Under the pieces are notes generated by a model, which saw nothing but the letters and a program-made list of their open reading frames with translations, was not told where the DNA came from and made no database searches. From Octopus vulgaris (lineage: Eukaryota): a stretch of DNA of 64,000 bases. Position 1 is the first letter of the stretch, and each line of letters starts with the position of its first letter. Of the stretch, positions 11,791-26,035 are shown one piece after another. The stretch spans positions 41,664,001-41,728,000 of the forward strand of contig OX597821.1 in NCBI GenBank assembly GCA_951406725.2, read 5' to 3'. The position numbers and the translations under genes are program-made.

Positions 11791-13604
11791 AGTTCCAAAA
11801 TAGTATTCCTTAAATTTGTATGAAACAATCATTCTAGAGAGACAGAGGGGCTGAAATTTAAAGAAGTACGGATGCTGGAATACAGTAATCTTTGCGATTT
11901 TCAAAACAAGCATTAAGTGAAACCGAATATCAGGGTGAACTTAGCAGAAACCTTTTGCTAAAGAACTCGTTTTCATTTTAGAATACCGAAATTTTTGAAG
12001 CAAAAATCACCAGGTTTCTGATTGAAATGAATGGGAAAATTTATTTGAGTAATTCATACATTTTGCTTAAAGAGTAATTGTTGCATGGGTAAAGCAAAAT
12101 AAATACAAGAGGGAACCGAAACGGTTTACTTCCTCGTTCGCTGTCCCAATAGAATATTGCATTATTGAAGTTAGAAACAATAATATAAGAAAGAGGATAT
12201 AAACACGGAAAGGCCGAAGCATTTAAATGTTCACTATGCCATAAGGCTTTCAGAAACAGCTGAAAAATAAATTTGGTTAACAGCTTCACATTAGGTTCAG
12301 CTGATAAGCTAACTATCGTATGTAAATTTGTAAACCCGGATGAGAAAGACGGATTGCCGAAAGTGTTTGTGTAGAATCTAAAACAAAGGGTACGTTATTT
12401 TTATTTCTTGATAATAATCCCATTTTTATTTTCTTATTAATAATCTGATATATATATATATATATGAACTGCTGCTATTTCTATAGAAGTATTGAAGCAA
12501 CAAGATAAAAGACAATTTGCCACACACCACGATTTCATTTCTCATCTCAGCGGGAAATCCTAGAAGAATTGATACCTCTATCACTATCGTTTGGAAATGA
12601 AATACTGAAATAAATAAATCATGCAAAGTTTCTATTTTACACTCTAAAGAATCGAATGTTGAGCGTTTGGTCAATGTCCCTGTAGAACTCTATTAGAAAG
12701 TTGCGGTTCTCACTTTACCATATCGATAGAAAGTGCGTATGGAATCTGGTTAGCTAGCATCTGTCGTAGGAATACCTAATTGAAAACCGTTCTCGGGTTT
12801 ATAGGCTGATACAAAATGCGGTTTTTATACTTACGATGTTGATAAAAAGCTGGTTGAGGATCTGGTTAGCTAACAACTACCATTCCAACAAATAGTTGTA
12901 AACAGTTCTCTGATGACGGAATAATAAATGGACGTAGGTATTTTATTAGTCAATAATCAAAAAAGAGATGTAATCAGTTCTTGTAATATTTCTGACATTA
13001 ATATTTCTGACAGTGAACTGGCACGAAACTAAGTCACCCAACACTATTTAGTTTTGTTCCTCAACGTTCAACATTTCAAAATACATTAGCATTGACCTCG
13101 ATTATCTATCATACTTTAGAGTTGATGAAAATAAATATGGCCCCTATACCAAATCTCAGTCGCCTATACTCTATTCTTATACGGTTACTGTTTTGTATGA
13201 AATCTTCATTCTGGCTTTCCTTTTAATAAACAGTGGTTCGAGTGTGTAGTAATGATGAACTTGTGACACGAATATCAGCGGTGACATTCTGCAGGCTTTT
13301 AGACGATACTCGAACGAATTTGGAGAAAGAAATCTCGCTGCGGTATCATGTTATAAAAAATCTCCCCAATAAGCATTTATCGAAAATCCAAAATAACTGT
13401 TTTTCTAAAGAAATTAAAATTTTGATATGCCAAGCTCATAACGTCTCGTCATGACTGCTCTGGTGTTAGAAGAGGAACTTCCGGATGTTAAACTCTCCAA
13501 CTGGGTAACTCATGGTCTTCATTTTGCACCTATTCTAAACAGTCTCTCTCTCTCTCTCTCTCTCTCATCTCTCTCCTTTCTCTCTTCCCGTCTCTCCCTC
13601 CTCT

Positions 13605-13803
13605 CTTTACTTCAGTCATTAGACTGCGGCCTTCCTGGGGCAGAGCCTTGAAGAATTTTTAGTCGAATGAATCGGCCCAAGTACTTAAACCCTGGTACTT
13701 ATTCTATCGATCTTTTTGTCGAACCGCTAAGTTACGGGAATTTAACCACACCAACACCGGGTGTCGAGCAATAGTGGCGGTGGTGAACAGAAACACAGCC
13801 ATG

Positions 13804-13845
<42 letters not shown>

Positions 13846-14030
13846 ACAGGCTTTCGGTTTCCGTCTACCGTATCCAGTCACAAGGGTTTGGTTGGCCCAA
13901 GACTAGAGTAGAAGACCGAGCTGCCACAATGAAGATGTCTCTCAAGACAACAAGGTATCGCGCAGTTAGAATGAAACCGGAACCATGGTGTTGGGAAACA
14001 AGCGTTTTACCACACAGCCACACTTGCGCC
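13605..14030 (-). mobile_element. SINE family A, diverged
   Basis: cagtcattagactgcggcc...gaaccgctaagttacggg...(CA)n...cacacagccac. Confidence 0.8.
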
Positions 14031-15149
14031 TTTCTGTGTAAAAATCAAACCAATTGATAGATCAGAATAAGAAAATTTGACATATTATTTCATTTGCTTC
14101 TCTTTCAATTGGACAATGGAATTGATGTAAGGAAATACGATTTTATTAAAATATCTCAGTGTGATTCTATTCATAGAAGAATCATAAGTTTGGCAATAGC
14201 CAGGAAAAGCCATAACAAAAGGAAAAAGAGGAATCGAAACCCAATTGTCGAATTTGAACAATTTATATTCAGTTGTAAACTTCTAAACCACTTTTTCGTG
14301 ATTGATTACTGTTTTGTATTGATTACACTTAGATGAAAGTAAGAATTGATTAGAAATTTTGCTTGAGCCAACATTACTTTTCCTCCTGTACTTCAATAAA
14401 AGGTCATCGTTTAAAATTGTTTTTATCGCATTTAAACATCTTTTGTCATCATATCGGGAAAAAACGTCAAGATAAAAAAAATCCAATAATTATCGATACC
14501 TATTAACTCTTGATTTAGTATATTTTAAGAAATAAAAAAAAAGCTATTCTTATTATTGGAAGCTGGAAAATCTAAACTTAGACTAGAAAATAAGTGAAAA
14601 TCTATTTTTCTTTTGATATTTCCAATGACTGTATTCTTGGCCAAGGTACTTAGATTCCAACAATCAAATTCATCTCGTTGTAGCTAGATAGGACAGGTTC
14701 AAAGGAACATTGTTAAATTGGTGACTGGTTCTATAGCTTTTAGATTTGAATTTAATTCCTTTCGGTGAAATGTTGGCTATGATTGACTGGTGTACCATCC
14801 CGGAGAATTGTTAACTCTTATGTTCTGAATACCATGAGAAATGAAGATAAACACTAGTCTTTTAGATATTTCATTGTATTTCTTGGAGGTGGCAGGGGAG
14901 GTCTTTTCGCAACGGAACTCTGTCTAATGAGGAAGGGCAGCTCCTTAGCCCCTATTTTTTGGTGTCTCTGAGACTGTCATTACCTGCAATCCAGAGAACT
15001 TGCCAAAATACTTGCAACAGATAAAGGTCCCTAAGGGCCAGCCGGGCTATTAAGCTATGCAATGGAATAAGTCCATCACCCAAGAATAGGAACTGTTCCC
15101 TGACGGAACTCCTTACAAATTCACTCAACCGATTTTCCCTCATAAGAGA

Positions 15150-15550
15150 GAAATTGTTGGTTTTGGCACTCGCTTCGCAGTCACATGGTTTCAGATTTAA
15201 TCCAACTGTGCTACCTTTTGGGCAAATGTCTCCTTTTTCTAGAGTGCCGGGGCGGCCAAAGCCTTGTGGGTGGATTTGGTTTTGGCGGACGGAAACTGTA
15301 TGGAAGCCCGTTGGTTGTGTGTGTGTATTTGTATTTGTGTGTCTGTCAGTCTTTGCTTATCCCCATCGTTTGACATCTGGTGAAAATATATTTACCTTTC
15401 CGAAGCTTAGAGGTTCAACAGACAAGATCCGATAAAATAATTCTAAACGTAAAATAAATACTAGAACCGATTTGTTCCACAAAGCCCTTGCCCAGCATGG
15501 CAACAATTTGTCGAACAAATGACTGAAATATAAGAATAAATAAAAGAACA
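15150..15550 (+). mobile_element. SINE family A, strongly diverged (another partial copy at 15880-16050)
   Basis: ccaaagccttgtgggtggatttgg...gacggaaactg...cccagcatggc...aaatgactgaaa. Confidence 0.65.
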
Positions 15551-16187
15551 AGATTTTAGTCGATCCGAAGCCATAAGAGGAACTTGCGCAAGGTGTCGCG
15601 AAGTGAGATTGAACCCGAAACCCCGTAGGTTCAAAGCGAATTTGGTGATCCCCAAAGTCATGATCGAGAAAGAAATTAATATCTTCTGTGAGGAATCCCA
15701 ATACCTGACTGGAGGTGATGCCAGCTTTGAAAGATTACCACCTATAACCAAACCTATTCCTCTTTTCCCATTGACATGAAAAGGTAATTCTATTGATGGA
15801 TTCTTGACTCATTTCAAATTAGAATGAAATTGTTTCGAAAAATTATTATTATTATTTTTTTTTTTTTTTTTTGAAAGGGTGGCCATGATTGTGTGGTTAA
15901 GAAGTTTGGTTCAAATCGTTTGATTTTGAGTTCAGTTCCACCCTGTGACACCCGAAACAAGTGTCTTTTTAACATAGCCCAGGACCAACAAAAGCCTTGT
16001 GAGTAAATTTAATAAATGAAAACTGAAAGAATCCTATCGCATAAATATATATAGGTATGGTGATGTGTCTCCTTGACATATTTGTTGTGCGACATCATTA
16101 GGAACGGGAACCTGGTCGGCCCTCGTTGCTGTCGTTTGTAGTGAACGTCTACTGACAAGGCAGGGACACTCACATATACAGACAAGG

Positions 16188-16600
16188 GTGGAGAAGCATG
16201 GCTAAGTGGTTAGGGGGTTCGATTCACAATCGCAAGGTCGTGAGTTCGATTCTTGGCAGCGCATTGTGTCCTTGACCAAGACACCTTATTTCATGTTGGT
16301 CCAATCAACTCAGCTGGCAAAAGTGAGGTGTAGCTGCAATTCAAAAGGGCCGTCCTTGTCATATTCTGTGTCATGCAGAGTCTCCTTGAGAACTACATTC
16401 AGGGTATGTGTGTCTGTGGAATACTTGGTCACTTGCATATTAATTCTATGAGCCGTGGGGAATATACACGCCATGGAAGTCGGGAAATCGGTTTTTGTGG
16501 GGTCAGCATGGCTTGGAAAGTAACTTTACTTTTTACGGTTCCAGTGATCGGATCAACTGCAACGCTCAACGTTGTGACTGACGGGGTACCAGTTATATAG
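16188..16600 (+). mobile_element. SINE family D (tRNA head, 3' part shared with family C); partial copies at 3120-3230 (+) and 47660-47805 (-)
   Basis: gcatggctaagtggttag...gagttcgattc...gtgtccttgaccaagacaccttatttc. Confidence 0.7.
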
Positions 16601-16705
16601 ACAGGACAACTGCATCCAATATTTCTTCCGGTCATAAGTACAATAAAAAACTGAACTTGATACTCCTACATTTAATTTTCAATTCTCACTAGCAGCAACA
16701 GTAGC

Positions 16706-17220
16706 GGGACGGGAGACCCCAGACCTTGGGGGAAAAAAACATTGGTCGTCTTGTAGTCGAGGGCTCTTCGTCGACGCCCGACACCACTGGGAGATGACCC
16801 TCGAAGTCGCTGGAAATGTAGATCTCCAGGTCCAAATTCCTGAACGGCTAAAGTGAGCAGAAACGCTGATTCGTCTCTAACCAGGAGCAGGTAACACTCA
16901 GCAGACTTAGGATCGGTTATCACCCGGACCTCAAGCACTGGCTCTACAAGATCGACCGAGCCATAGACAGAACCTGCAGAAAGTGTGGGGTGGGAGAGGA
17001 GACGGCGGAGCATGTCATCTACGACTGTCCACGGATCCATCGCCCACCACAAATGCCAACCCCAACAGACATTCTGGCCAGTGATCCTCTCCTTGTCCTT
17101 CGGATCTGGAAAAGTGGACTTCCGCTCCCGACTTGCCAGACGTCTCCCAGCCCACAGAACGGATGCAGTGAAATCACCCTTACCCGTCTTGTTGCTTAAC
17201 AACAACAACAATAACAACAG
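16706..17220 (+). mobile_element. I/Ingi/Nimb-like LINE 3' end with 5' inversion
   Basis: GYHPDLKHWLYKIDRAIDRTCRKCGVGEETAEHVIYDC (CCHC knuckle), then an (AAC)n tail; 16711-16849 is inverted relative to the copy at 3357. Confidence 0.75.
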
Positions 17221-17234
17221 CAGCAGCAGCAAGT

Positions 17235-17702
17235 AGAGGCACAATGGCCCAATAGTTAGAGAAGCGGACTCGCAGTCGGAGGATCGCGGTTTCGATTCCC
17301 AGACCGGGCGTTGTGTGTGTTTATTGAGCGAAAATACCTAAAGCTCCACGAAGCTCCGGCAGGTGGTGGTGGTGGCGACCCCTGTTGTACTCTTTCGCCC
17401 CAACTTTCTCTCACTCTTTCTTCCTGCTTCTTATCCCCGACTTCCTATGCATCCGCTGAGCCTGGATGCGCATTCATCCAGCCGTCGATGCTCTCGGTGT
17501 CGGGGAGTTGACCTGCTTTCTCTTCTGCGGGTCTTACGAATAGCAAAGGACCACGTTGCGGACTTCTACAGACAACCCTGAGGTGCGATCTTGCGAGCTC
17601 CGAGACGAAGACCGCTTCGCTCAACAGCAGCAACAGCAACAGCAGCAGCAGCAACAGCAACAGCAGCAGCAGCAACAGCAACAGCAGCAGCAGCAGCAGC
17701 AG
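17235..17702 (+). mobile_element. SINE family C with (CAG/CAA)n tail
   Basis: gaggcacaatggcccaatagttagagaagcggactcgc...ggtttcgattcccagaccggg head. Confidence 0.8.
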
Positions 17703-19085
17703 TTACTTTGAGCCAACAGAACGGGAATATAGTGATTTGATTGTTAACTAAACTCACTGCCTTTTAAAATATTGACTCTGTGTTTAGACAAAACCATTTC
17801 TTATTAAACGTGAGAAAAGTTAAAAGTCTAAAAATGCTAATCTTCGGGTTTTTAATAACATCCCGCCTGCCTTTACACCATCCTGACTTTGCCAACACAA
17901 AACCAAATTAAATCCTACATATTTTAGTGGCCATGTTTGTTCTGTTTTACTTTTGCACATTACACACTTGCACAGTTGGTTATATATCTTACGTGTCAGA
18001 ACAACAGACCTGAACAAATGCGGAGTTGTTTGGATTATTCATGATAATGTTTAAACAATACATTTTATTTATATTTTTATTTATTTATCATCATCATTAT
18101 TATTATTATTACTATTATTATTATTATTATTATTATTATTATGATTATTATTATTATTATTATTATCATTATTATTATTATTATTATTATTTCAGTTTCA
18201 CTAGAGAAAGGAATGAAAATATATATTTTGTGGCATACGAGCAATAGCAACCATATATTTTTCCATGGCTTTCTTACCCCCCCATCTCTCTCACACCATC
18301 TTTACCATTTCTGCTATTATCGAACGTCACCGACGAAATAAGTGCTTCTGAAACTACATCAGCTTTTTACAATTTTCTTTCTTAAAGACTTAATTATATT
18401 GGCGCCAATTTACTTTACGCTATAACGAATGAATTTTAAACATAGATAATATTTGATGGCATTTTAGTTCACTTTATGACAAGGGAAAATTACAAAATAT
18501 AAGACGAAAATCCAGTTTTATTTATTATTTCCTGTTACCTCTTTATTTTGTTGCTAATGTTTGTTGTCTGTTTTATTGGCTACTGTTGTTGTTTCTATCT
18601 GTTTTGAAAACATGGCGGGGATACAGATCTGCTACATTTGTAATTTCATTTACTCTGTTTGGAATCTTATTTCAGATGTTACAAAATTGTTTAGCGACTA
18701 CTTCTTCGGTTCAGAATGATATTATTTTTAACTTTCAGTTTCGAAAAAAAAAAAACGAAACAATTACAAAACAAAAGTTGTCATGTGTAACTTAAAAAGG
18801 ATTTCTCACCGTCAAATTTTAAAGTCGCGAACGTAGTTTTATTTTCCCAAAAAACTCTTATTACTACGATTTCAAAGCTTTCTTCACACCTTCAAAGAAA
18901 CAGGTTATATAAAGAGATAGCACCAGAAGACGAACAGTGAATATACCAACCAAAACGCTCAGTAAGAAAATATATACTTTAGTATGGACAACTTTTACCG
19001 GATCCGTATGCATAAAGTCATATTATGGTCCCTCACTATATCTTGTGAAACGAAACCACACTTCCCTTAGCACAATTCAATTGGC

Positions 19086-19172
<87 letters not shown>

Positions 19173-19305
19173 AAATAGAAAGATGAATTTTCTTGTAACA
19201 GATTATTCAAAGGTTTAACCGATACCTGGGTAGCAAAAATCACAGCGGAAAACAGCACGGTTGGAGATAAGACCATTTGGTGTTGCAACCGTTATTCCAT
19301 TCACT

Positions 19306-19355
<50 letters not shown>

Positions 19356-19472
19356 TTAGATATATATATATATATATTAAATTAGAGATAAAACCACTAT
19401 TAGGCAAATCAAACAGTGAAAAACATAAACCAAAACATAGAAATAAAATATATATATATATGTGTGTGTGTT

Positions 19473-19510
<38 letters not shown>

Positions 19511-19761
19511 CCTTTCGCTTTCGTGCATGTTTTTAATCCGCTTACTTCAGAGAATGGAGTAAATGGAGCAAGAACACACGCGAAAGTGAAAAGTGTCGCT
19601 GAAGAGGTCACAGATGTGTGACGGGAAATTTTCGGATATTGGACATGCGTTAAAATAATAAAATAAGAACAGCAATAAACGAATGAAGGAAAAATGAATA
19701 GTGCGTGTGTTTATTAGGCAAAAAAATTAACATCTCGAAATACAATAAAGAGAGAGAAAAA

Positions 19762-20006
19762 TGTCACAAATGTGACAGAGAGTAGTCACTGAGTGATACC
19801 GACATTGCTAGAAATAATAGTCAAAACAACTCACTAGCCAAAAGAGCACTTTCTTAATGACAGACAAGGGAGCTTATCTCGCTTGATAATGAGTGCTCAG
19901 CCATTGTCAGCCATTAAGATAGTGCCCTTGTGGCTAGTGAGTCGGTGTGACTCTTATTTCTAGCAATGCTGGTACCACTTAGTACCTTCTGTCACTTTAG
20001 TGACGT
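19762..20006. mobile_element. Fold-back MITE, imperfect ~110-bp arms
   Basis: cattgctagaaataatagtcaaaacaactcactagcca pairs with tggctagtgagtcggtgtgactcttatttctagcaatg. Confidence 0.75.
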
Positions 20007-20057
20007 CTATAAATTTGCCTTTAGGTTGTTAAATTGTTAATAAGCCACTCATATTAT

Positions 20058-20152
<95 letters not shown>

Positions 20153-20929
20153 TTCATCCAAAATGGAGACGAACACCATTCTTTCGTGTGATCGGCTTGA
20201 AAAATTGTTAGGATATTAAGATATGTTTCTTAACATAAAACCAATGGTAGCCTTAATATACAAATAAAGAAATGTTTTTCCCCCCTTGCGATTTTGAACA
20301 CTCATTTTCATTGTTTGACATTTACGTGTACATGTGTGTGTGTGTGTACCAGACGGTGGTATAAGTTATTCGTGTAAGTACCACTGTAACAGAAGCAATT
20401 GTCTCAGTGACATGCAGAGTTAATTCCAGCTAATTCTATGGCTATAACCCAAAAACCTGAAGAGCAGTGACATAAAATAGGTTGCTAGTAGACGGGGTAA
20501 CGCAAATATTGCCGGGAGGGCACGGTTTTGTTTTGTTTTTCTTCTTATTTTCCCTTAATTTTCTTCACTTTCGAAATTTTGGGCCCAAAGCAACCACTCC
20601 TGTGACCCTGCCCGCGCTACATCATTGACAAGGAGGATCAAGGTCACAGTGATCTCAAAGCTAAAACAACGAAGATAACCACTCGCTGACGGAGACTATA
20701 GTTCGTGAAATAGGACAAGAAATAGGTTCCTTCATCTTGCATCAATTGGATTATCCAAGTTCTACAAAACTACTACTGTTCGATCTATTTAAATAATATT
20801 GAAAATCGTGAACAAAAGCTTCCTTGGCTTCATGTTGCCAATGAGTCAATCACTGGATTTTTGCTTTTTCTGACAGCGTCAATGATAAGGGAGTGTCGGC
20901 AACTCGGAGCAAAGACAATATTCTAAGAG

Positions 20930-21160
20930 CCTCCCCGCCAAATGTATACAGCAATACGCGTAGTATTTTGTCTTTTGTTTTTCTTAGGCCGTATACTGAT
21001 GTACAAATGTATGTATGCATGCATGTATGTATGTATGTATGTATGTATGTATGTATGTATGTATGTATGTATGTATGTATGTATGTATGTGTGACGTGTC
21101 TTTGCAGAGTTTGTATGCCAAATTTCACTCACCAGACACTGGTCACTCCAAGGCTATGAT
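20930..21160. mobile_element. Possible Helentron/HINE-like element with internal (GTAT)n
   Basis: Short palindrome aatacgcgtagtatt, (GTAT)n core, gtatgccaaatttca motif similar to the Helitron at 51067. Confidence 0.3.
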
Positions 21161-22072
21161 AGTAAACATTTGCCAAAGGTTGAACCTAGAACCACGTTGT
21201 TTCAAAGCGACCTTTTTTTTTTACCACGCATTCATGTTCGACTATAATTATTTCACTGATCTACAATTCCAAGAATGCAAATGGTTTACTCGAAACTAAA
21301 TATATAAACTTGAGAGCAATAGCTGTGGTTTTATATCTGAAGTGTCTTTTTTTTTATCTTTTTTTGGAACAGTTATGTTCTGGCGTGTCTACGTTTGGAA
21401 CTGAGAAAATGGTTGAAATAATTCCAGTGAAATATTAAGAGGCGGGAATGTATTGGTTGATGTCAGAGTATGATGAAGGTCATTTGTCTCTGTGATGTTT
21501 AAAGTATTAAGAGTATTTCTAGCAATTAATTTATTCTATGTCTCCATTTGGCAAAGTTCATAGATATTCGTTCTATTGAAATTTAAGTCACCAAAACGAA
21601 AGAGTTGGGCGATAAAACGCAATTAAATGCGTTATTCTCAGCACTTTGGATTCAATAACATTACTTATATCATTTCTATTATATTCAGACATCATTATAA
21701 CGATGCATGGCATGGGTCTGGCAAAACTGGAGATAGTGGAATATTTCAGTAGTGAAGGACAAAGGTCAAGTCGAAGGCAGTTGGTTTTTATCGTTTATTT
21801 TCTGTCTTTCCATAGTCTTTACAGAACACTGCTTTAGTTACGCATGTTATACGATGCTGGTTTAACCTGAGCAAATATTAAATAAATGTTTGTTATAACC
21901 GTCGGGAAAAGGGGGAGGAATGGAGCACCAATGAGACAAGAGAAGTTTATATTTTGTCTGATAAGATGCGATAGAATCTGTTATATCTTTCTATCGATTA
22001 TTATTATAGACAAAGTTTCATTGACAGGCAATAAATAAATACATACATACATATATACAAACATATACATAT

Positions 22073-22133
<61 letters not shown>

Positions 22134-23259
22134 GGCTGTCACGAAAGAAGAGAAAAATCCTTTACTGCTAAATTGATTTTTGCTTTCCAGTCTGCTTTCT
22201 TAGGAAATGTTTCCAGTTAAGGTGTTTGTTGTTCGTTGGGTAAACTTTTCGAATTCTTCATTCTTTTCCTGGTGAATTGCTAAGCTTTTGTGTCTCTTCT
22301 TTCTTGCCATTGTTATCTAAATTAGTATTTCATTAGGTCGAGATTGTGGCAATCGTTAATTGCTTCACTGAACTACAACAAAAACTCGCTTTCCAACATA
22401 CAAAACGTCGTTATTATCTCTTCTAGGTAAATAACTCAAATATGGCGGCCGTTTGTTTGTCCAGGTTTGTTCTTTATACAATTTGCATAGACTAAAATAA
22501 TTGTCTTTTTAATTTCACTCTTATTCTTCCTGTTTTCTTCTTTCTTCCTCTATGCGAGTTTTATTGAATTCTTTGTTTTTTTCCGTTCCTTTTTTTTTCC
22601 TTCCATAAATCTCAATGTCTGATAAACGAAGAGCTCTTCCCCAGGGAAACTTTGATATGATTGAATCGTTGAACTAAACAAGACATTTAATTTTAGTTTC
22701 AACCTCAACGCCGCCATTACCTTTGTCCACCTGTAACACACATTCTTCGTCGACATCTGATATCGTAATAACATTCTTGATAAGAAACTGAGTTTGAGTT
22801 TGAACCTAAGATCAGCGAATATATTGATTGGCAAGAGCCAGCTCTGGGATGGATTGAAAAATAATACATTAGTAGAGTTTCTTTGTCTTTATGAATAAAA
22901 CTTCTTGGAATTAACTTTCATGCGTTCTTGGATTGTCGCTAGAAGCTTTACATGGAGGTTGCCCGTCCAAAAGAAGACAACGAAGAGAGGGTCAACAATC
23001 TCCATGCTGCTTACAATCGGAAACTGTAATGCGAGGATCTGGTAGTAAACGGAAACTGAACTGTAATGCGAGTCTCAAACTGCCATGAACTTAACATCTC
23101 TTGCGCAACTGGCACCTATCTCTATCTCTCCCCATCTTATCTATTCTCTCTTACAAGAAAAAGTGTACGCAATGCTTGCGATAAGGAACACTGCACCCTC
23201 CCCCCACACACGCACACATATGCATATAACACTCACTTACAGTACTCGGAGTTTTCCAA

Positions 23260-23492
23260 GGCAGCGAGCTGGCAGAAATGTTAGCACGCTGGGCGAAATG
23301 TTTAGCAGTATTTCGTCTGTCTTTACGTTCTGAGTTCAAATTCCGCCGAGGTCGTCTTTGCCTTTCATCCTTTCGGGGTCGATTAAATAAGTACCAGTTA
23401 CGCACTGGGGTCGATATAATCGACTTAATCCCTTTGTCTGTCCTTGTTTTTCCCCTCTGCGTGTAGCCCCTTGTGGGCAGTAAAAGAAATAA
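23260..23492 (+). mobile_element. SINE family B
   Basis: Near-identical to 7797-8029. Confidence 0.9.
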
Positions 23493-23755
23493 GTACTCGG
23501 GGTTTTCCGGCATGCCAGGTCTATCAAACCAGATTTCTGATCGGTAATCAACACACTTCCCACTTCAGCTGTTAAGTGAAACCATTACAGGTTAATCGTA
23601 ATCGTTGATGAGAAATCGAATACCTTCATACACGTGTTTGCCTGGCAATTGCGAAAATGGTGAGTGTTCCATGTTTGTATATATTAATTATATTCTTCAG
23701 TCTCAATGATTTTTTAGTATGCTTGTTTTATTCTTGCACAGGTAACTAATTGCTT

Positions 23756-23794
<39 letters not shown>

Positions 23795-24000
23795 CACCTG
23801 ACACGTAAAAAGCACTCACTACATTCACGGAATGGTTGGCGTTAGGAAAGGCATCCAGCTGTAGAAACACTGCCAGATCAGACTGGAGCCTGGTGCAGCC
23901 CTCTGGCTTCCCAGACTCCGGTCGAACCGTCGAACCCATGCCAGTATGGAAAACGGACGTTCGACGACGACGACGATGATGATGATGATGATGATGATGG
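23795..24000 (+). mobile_element. SINE 3' half with RTE-type tail and (GAT)n
   Basis: ggcatccagctgtagaaacactgccagatcagactggagcc...cggacgttcgacgacgacgatgatg. Confidence 0.7.
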
Positions 24001-24070
24001 AGAAATCATACAAAATGTATAAATAGATGATGAGTAAAGCACCGGCACAGTTTCGATTACCTGTTGTTAT

Positions 24071-24189
<119 letters not shown>

Positions 24190-25320
24190 CAGGAGTTGGA
24201 CAAAATAATGGAAACACCTTAAAATTTCAAGCAAATTTATTTTAATATGGGGACCACCTTTGGCAGTAATTACAGCTTCAATTCCACGAGGTATGGACAC
24301 GTACAAAGATTGAATTGTTTCCAAAGGAATTTTTGTCCATTCTTCAGCTAAAACAGTCTCCAGTTCTTGTAGTGATGATGGTGGATGATATCGACTCCTT
24401 ACCTATTTTGCTGAAATGCACCATAAATGTTCAATCATATTGAGATCTGGGGGCTGTGGTGTCCAGATAAGTTGCTCAACTTCACTAGAATGTTCCTCGC
24501 GCCATTCAGTAACAACTTTACCTGTGGGAATTGGTGCATCATAATCCTGAAAGATTGCGTTTCCCATCGGAAACAGTTCCGCAATCATAGGATGAATTTG
24601 ATCAGATATAATGCTTAAATAGTCTTGACTATTAATATCTGTCTTAAAGGGAAACCTTTGGGCCAGCGGATTTCCAAGATATAGACCCCTACCACCCACC
24701 AGATTATCACAGATCCTCCTCCATGTTTAACAGTTGGAAGTAGGCATTCTGGGTCAAATGCTTCTTTTGGCTGTCTCCACACGTATACACGGCTGGTGGT
24801 CGGAAATAAAATAAAGGATGACTCGTCCGAGAAAATGACATTCTTCCACTGCTCTAGGGACCAATTCTGTAGGTTTTTATTCCACTCTAAACGCTTTGCA
24901 ATGTTTGATTTTGAAAGTAGTTGTTTTTTAATTGCAGCCCTCCCGTGAAATCTGACTTTGTGCTCCCGGCGAACAGCTTTTATGGAAACTTGGTTCTCGA
25001 GGTGGTCATTAAGCTTTGCAGTAATTTTGAGAGCTGTACTTTTGTGATCCTTTCTAACAATTCGCGTAAGAGTTCGGCGGTCCCTATCGGAAAGTTTTGG
25101 TTTTCTTCCAGAGTTTTGTTTCGACGAGGAGGTTTTTTTTCTCTTTCTCCAAAGGCTGTCATTACTCTCGAGGCAGTACTTCTTGACACACCAAACATTT
25201 CAACTGCTTTCGTTACGCTAGCGCCTGCTATACGAGTACCAACAGTTTGACCTCTTTGAAAGTCCGACAGATTTGTCGTTTTAATGAATTTTAATTAATC
25301 TTTTCTGATGATGTGTGACT
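24190..25320 (-). mobile_element. Tc1 (DD34E-type) transposon, frameshifted, one TIR retained
   Basis: TA|CAGGAGTTGGACAAAATAATGGAAACACC TIR; minus strand LSDFQRGQ...MFGVSRSTASRV (HTH), VIFSDES, FQDYDAPI, WTPQPPDLNMIEHLW. Confidence 0.9.
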
Positions 25321-25383
25321 TTATGTATTGAATAGCAAAACCGAACGTTTTACTTCGGGAAATTTGGCGACAAAGATCAGAGA

Positions 25384-25616
25384 CACGTGGGAGATAAACA
25401 GACGCCAACGCGCATGCGCATACTTAAACTTGGGTAAAACGTGTACACCTACGCACATGTCGTCTCACACAACCATATAATCTACACATGTGCAACACAT
25501 GTTACCTTCTACCAAAATAAATACAAACACAAAATCATATTCTTTTTCTTTTTTTTTTTCTTAGACCGCTCCCATATTCACGTGAGACTCGTATTTGGCC
25601 AATGAGAAAGGTGAGT
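25384..25616 (+). promoter_or_regulatory. Candidate promoter motif cluster
   Basis: CACGTG 25384, NRF1-type GCGCATGCGCA 25410, TCACGTGA 25578, CCAAT 25599, AAG|GTGAGT donor 25611. Confidence 0.35.
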
Positions 25617-25970
25617 CTGTTCGGAACGTTGAAATATTGTGATTGTCAAAATAATAGCCATTCCATTGAGCCTGAGTGAATATAGGAATCGTGTTCAAAT
25701 ACGGAAACTTGTAGATTGGTTAAACTATTTATACTCTACAGCTGGTATTGAGTACTTTTTCAAGTGTTCATGTGTGTATGCATGTACACACGCGCACGCA
25801 CACGCACACGCGCACATACACTCACATATAACTGTTGTATTGAATATTTTAGTGACAATCTCTAAATCCTAAGCATATATATATATATGCATATGTATAT
25901 ATGAATATATATATATATAGATATATGCATATATATATGTATATATATATACATACATATGTGTATACAT

Positions 25971-26035
<65 letters not shown>

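Noticed and set aside
12909-13035. CTGATGA followed much later by GAAAC
   Set aside because: No supporting stems
16672-17244. 190-aa minus-strand ORF
   Set aside because: Antisense shadow of a rearranged LINE fragment
17235-17310. tRNA-like sequences here and at ~6110-6178, 16190 and 54700
   Set aside because: SINE heads that continue into SINE bodies without a complete cloverleaf
20465-20627. cagtgacata...ctacatcattg, a possible MITE; hAT-like ends at ~2760 and ~63260
   Set aside because: Too decayed; no TSD or paired end verified
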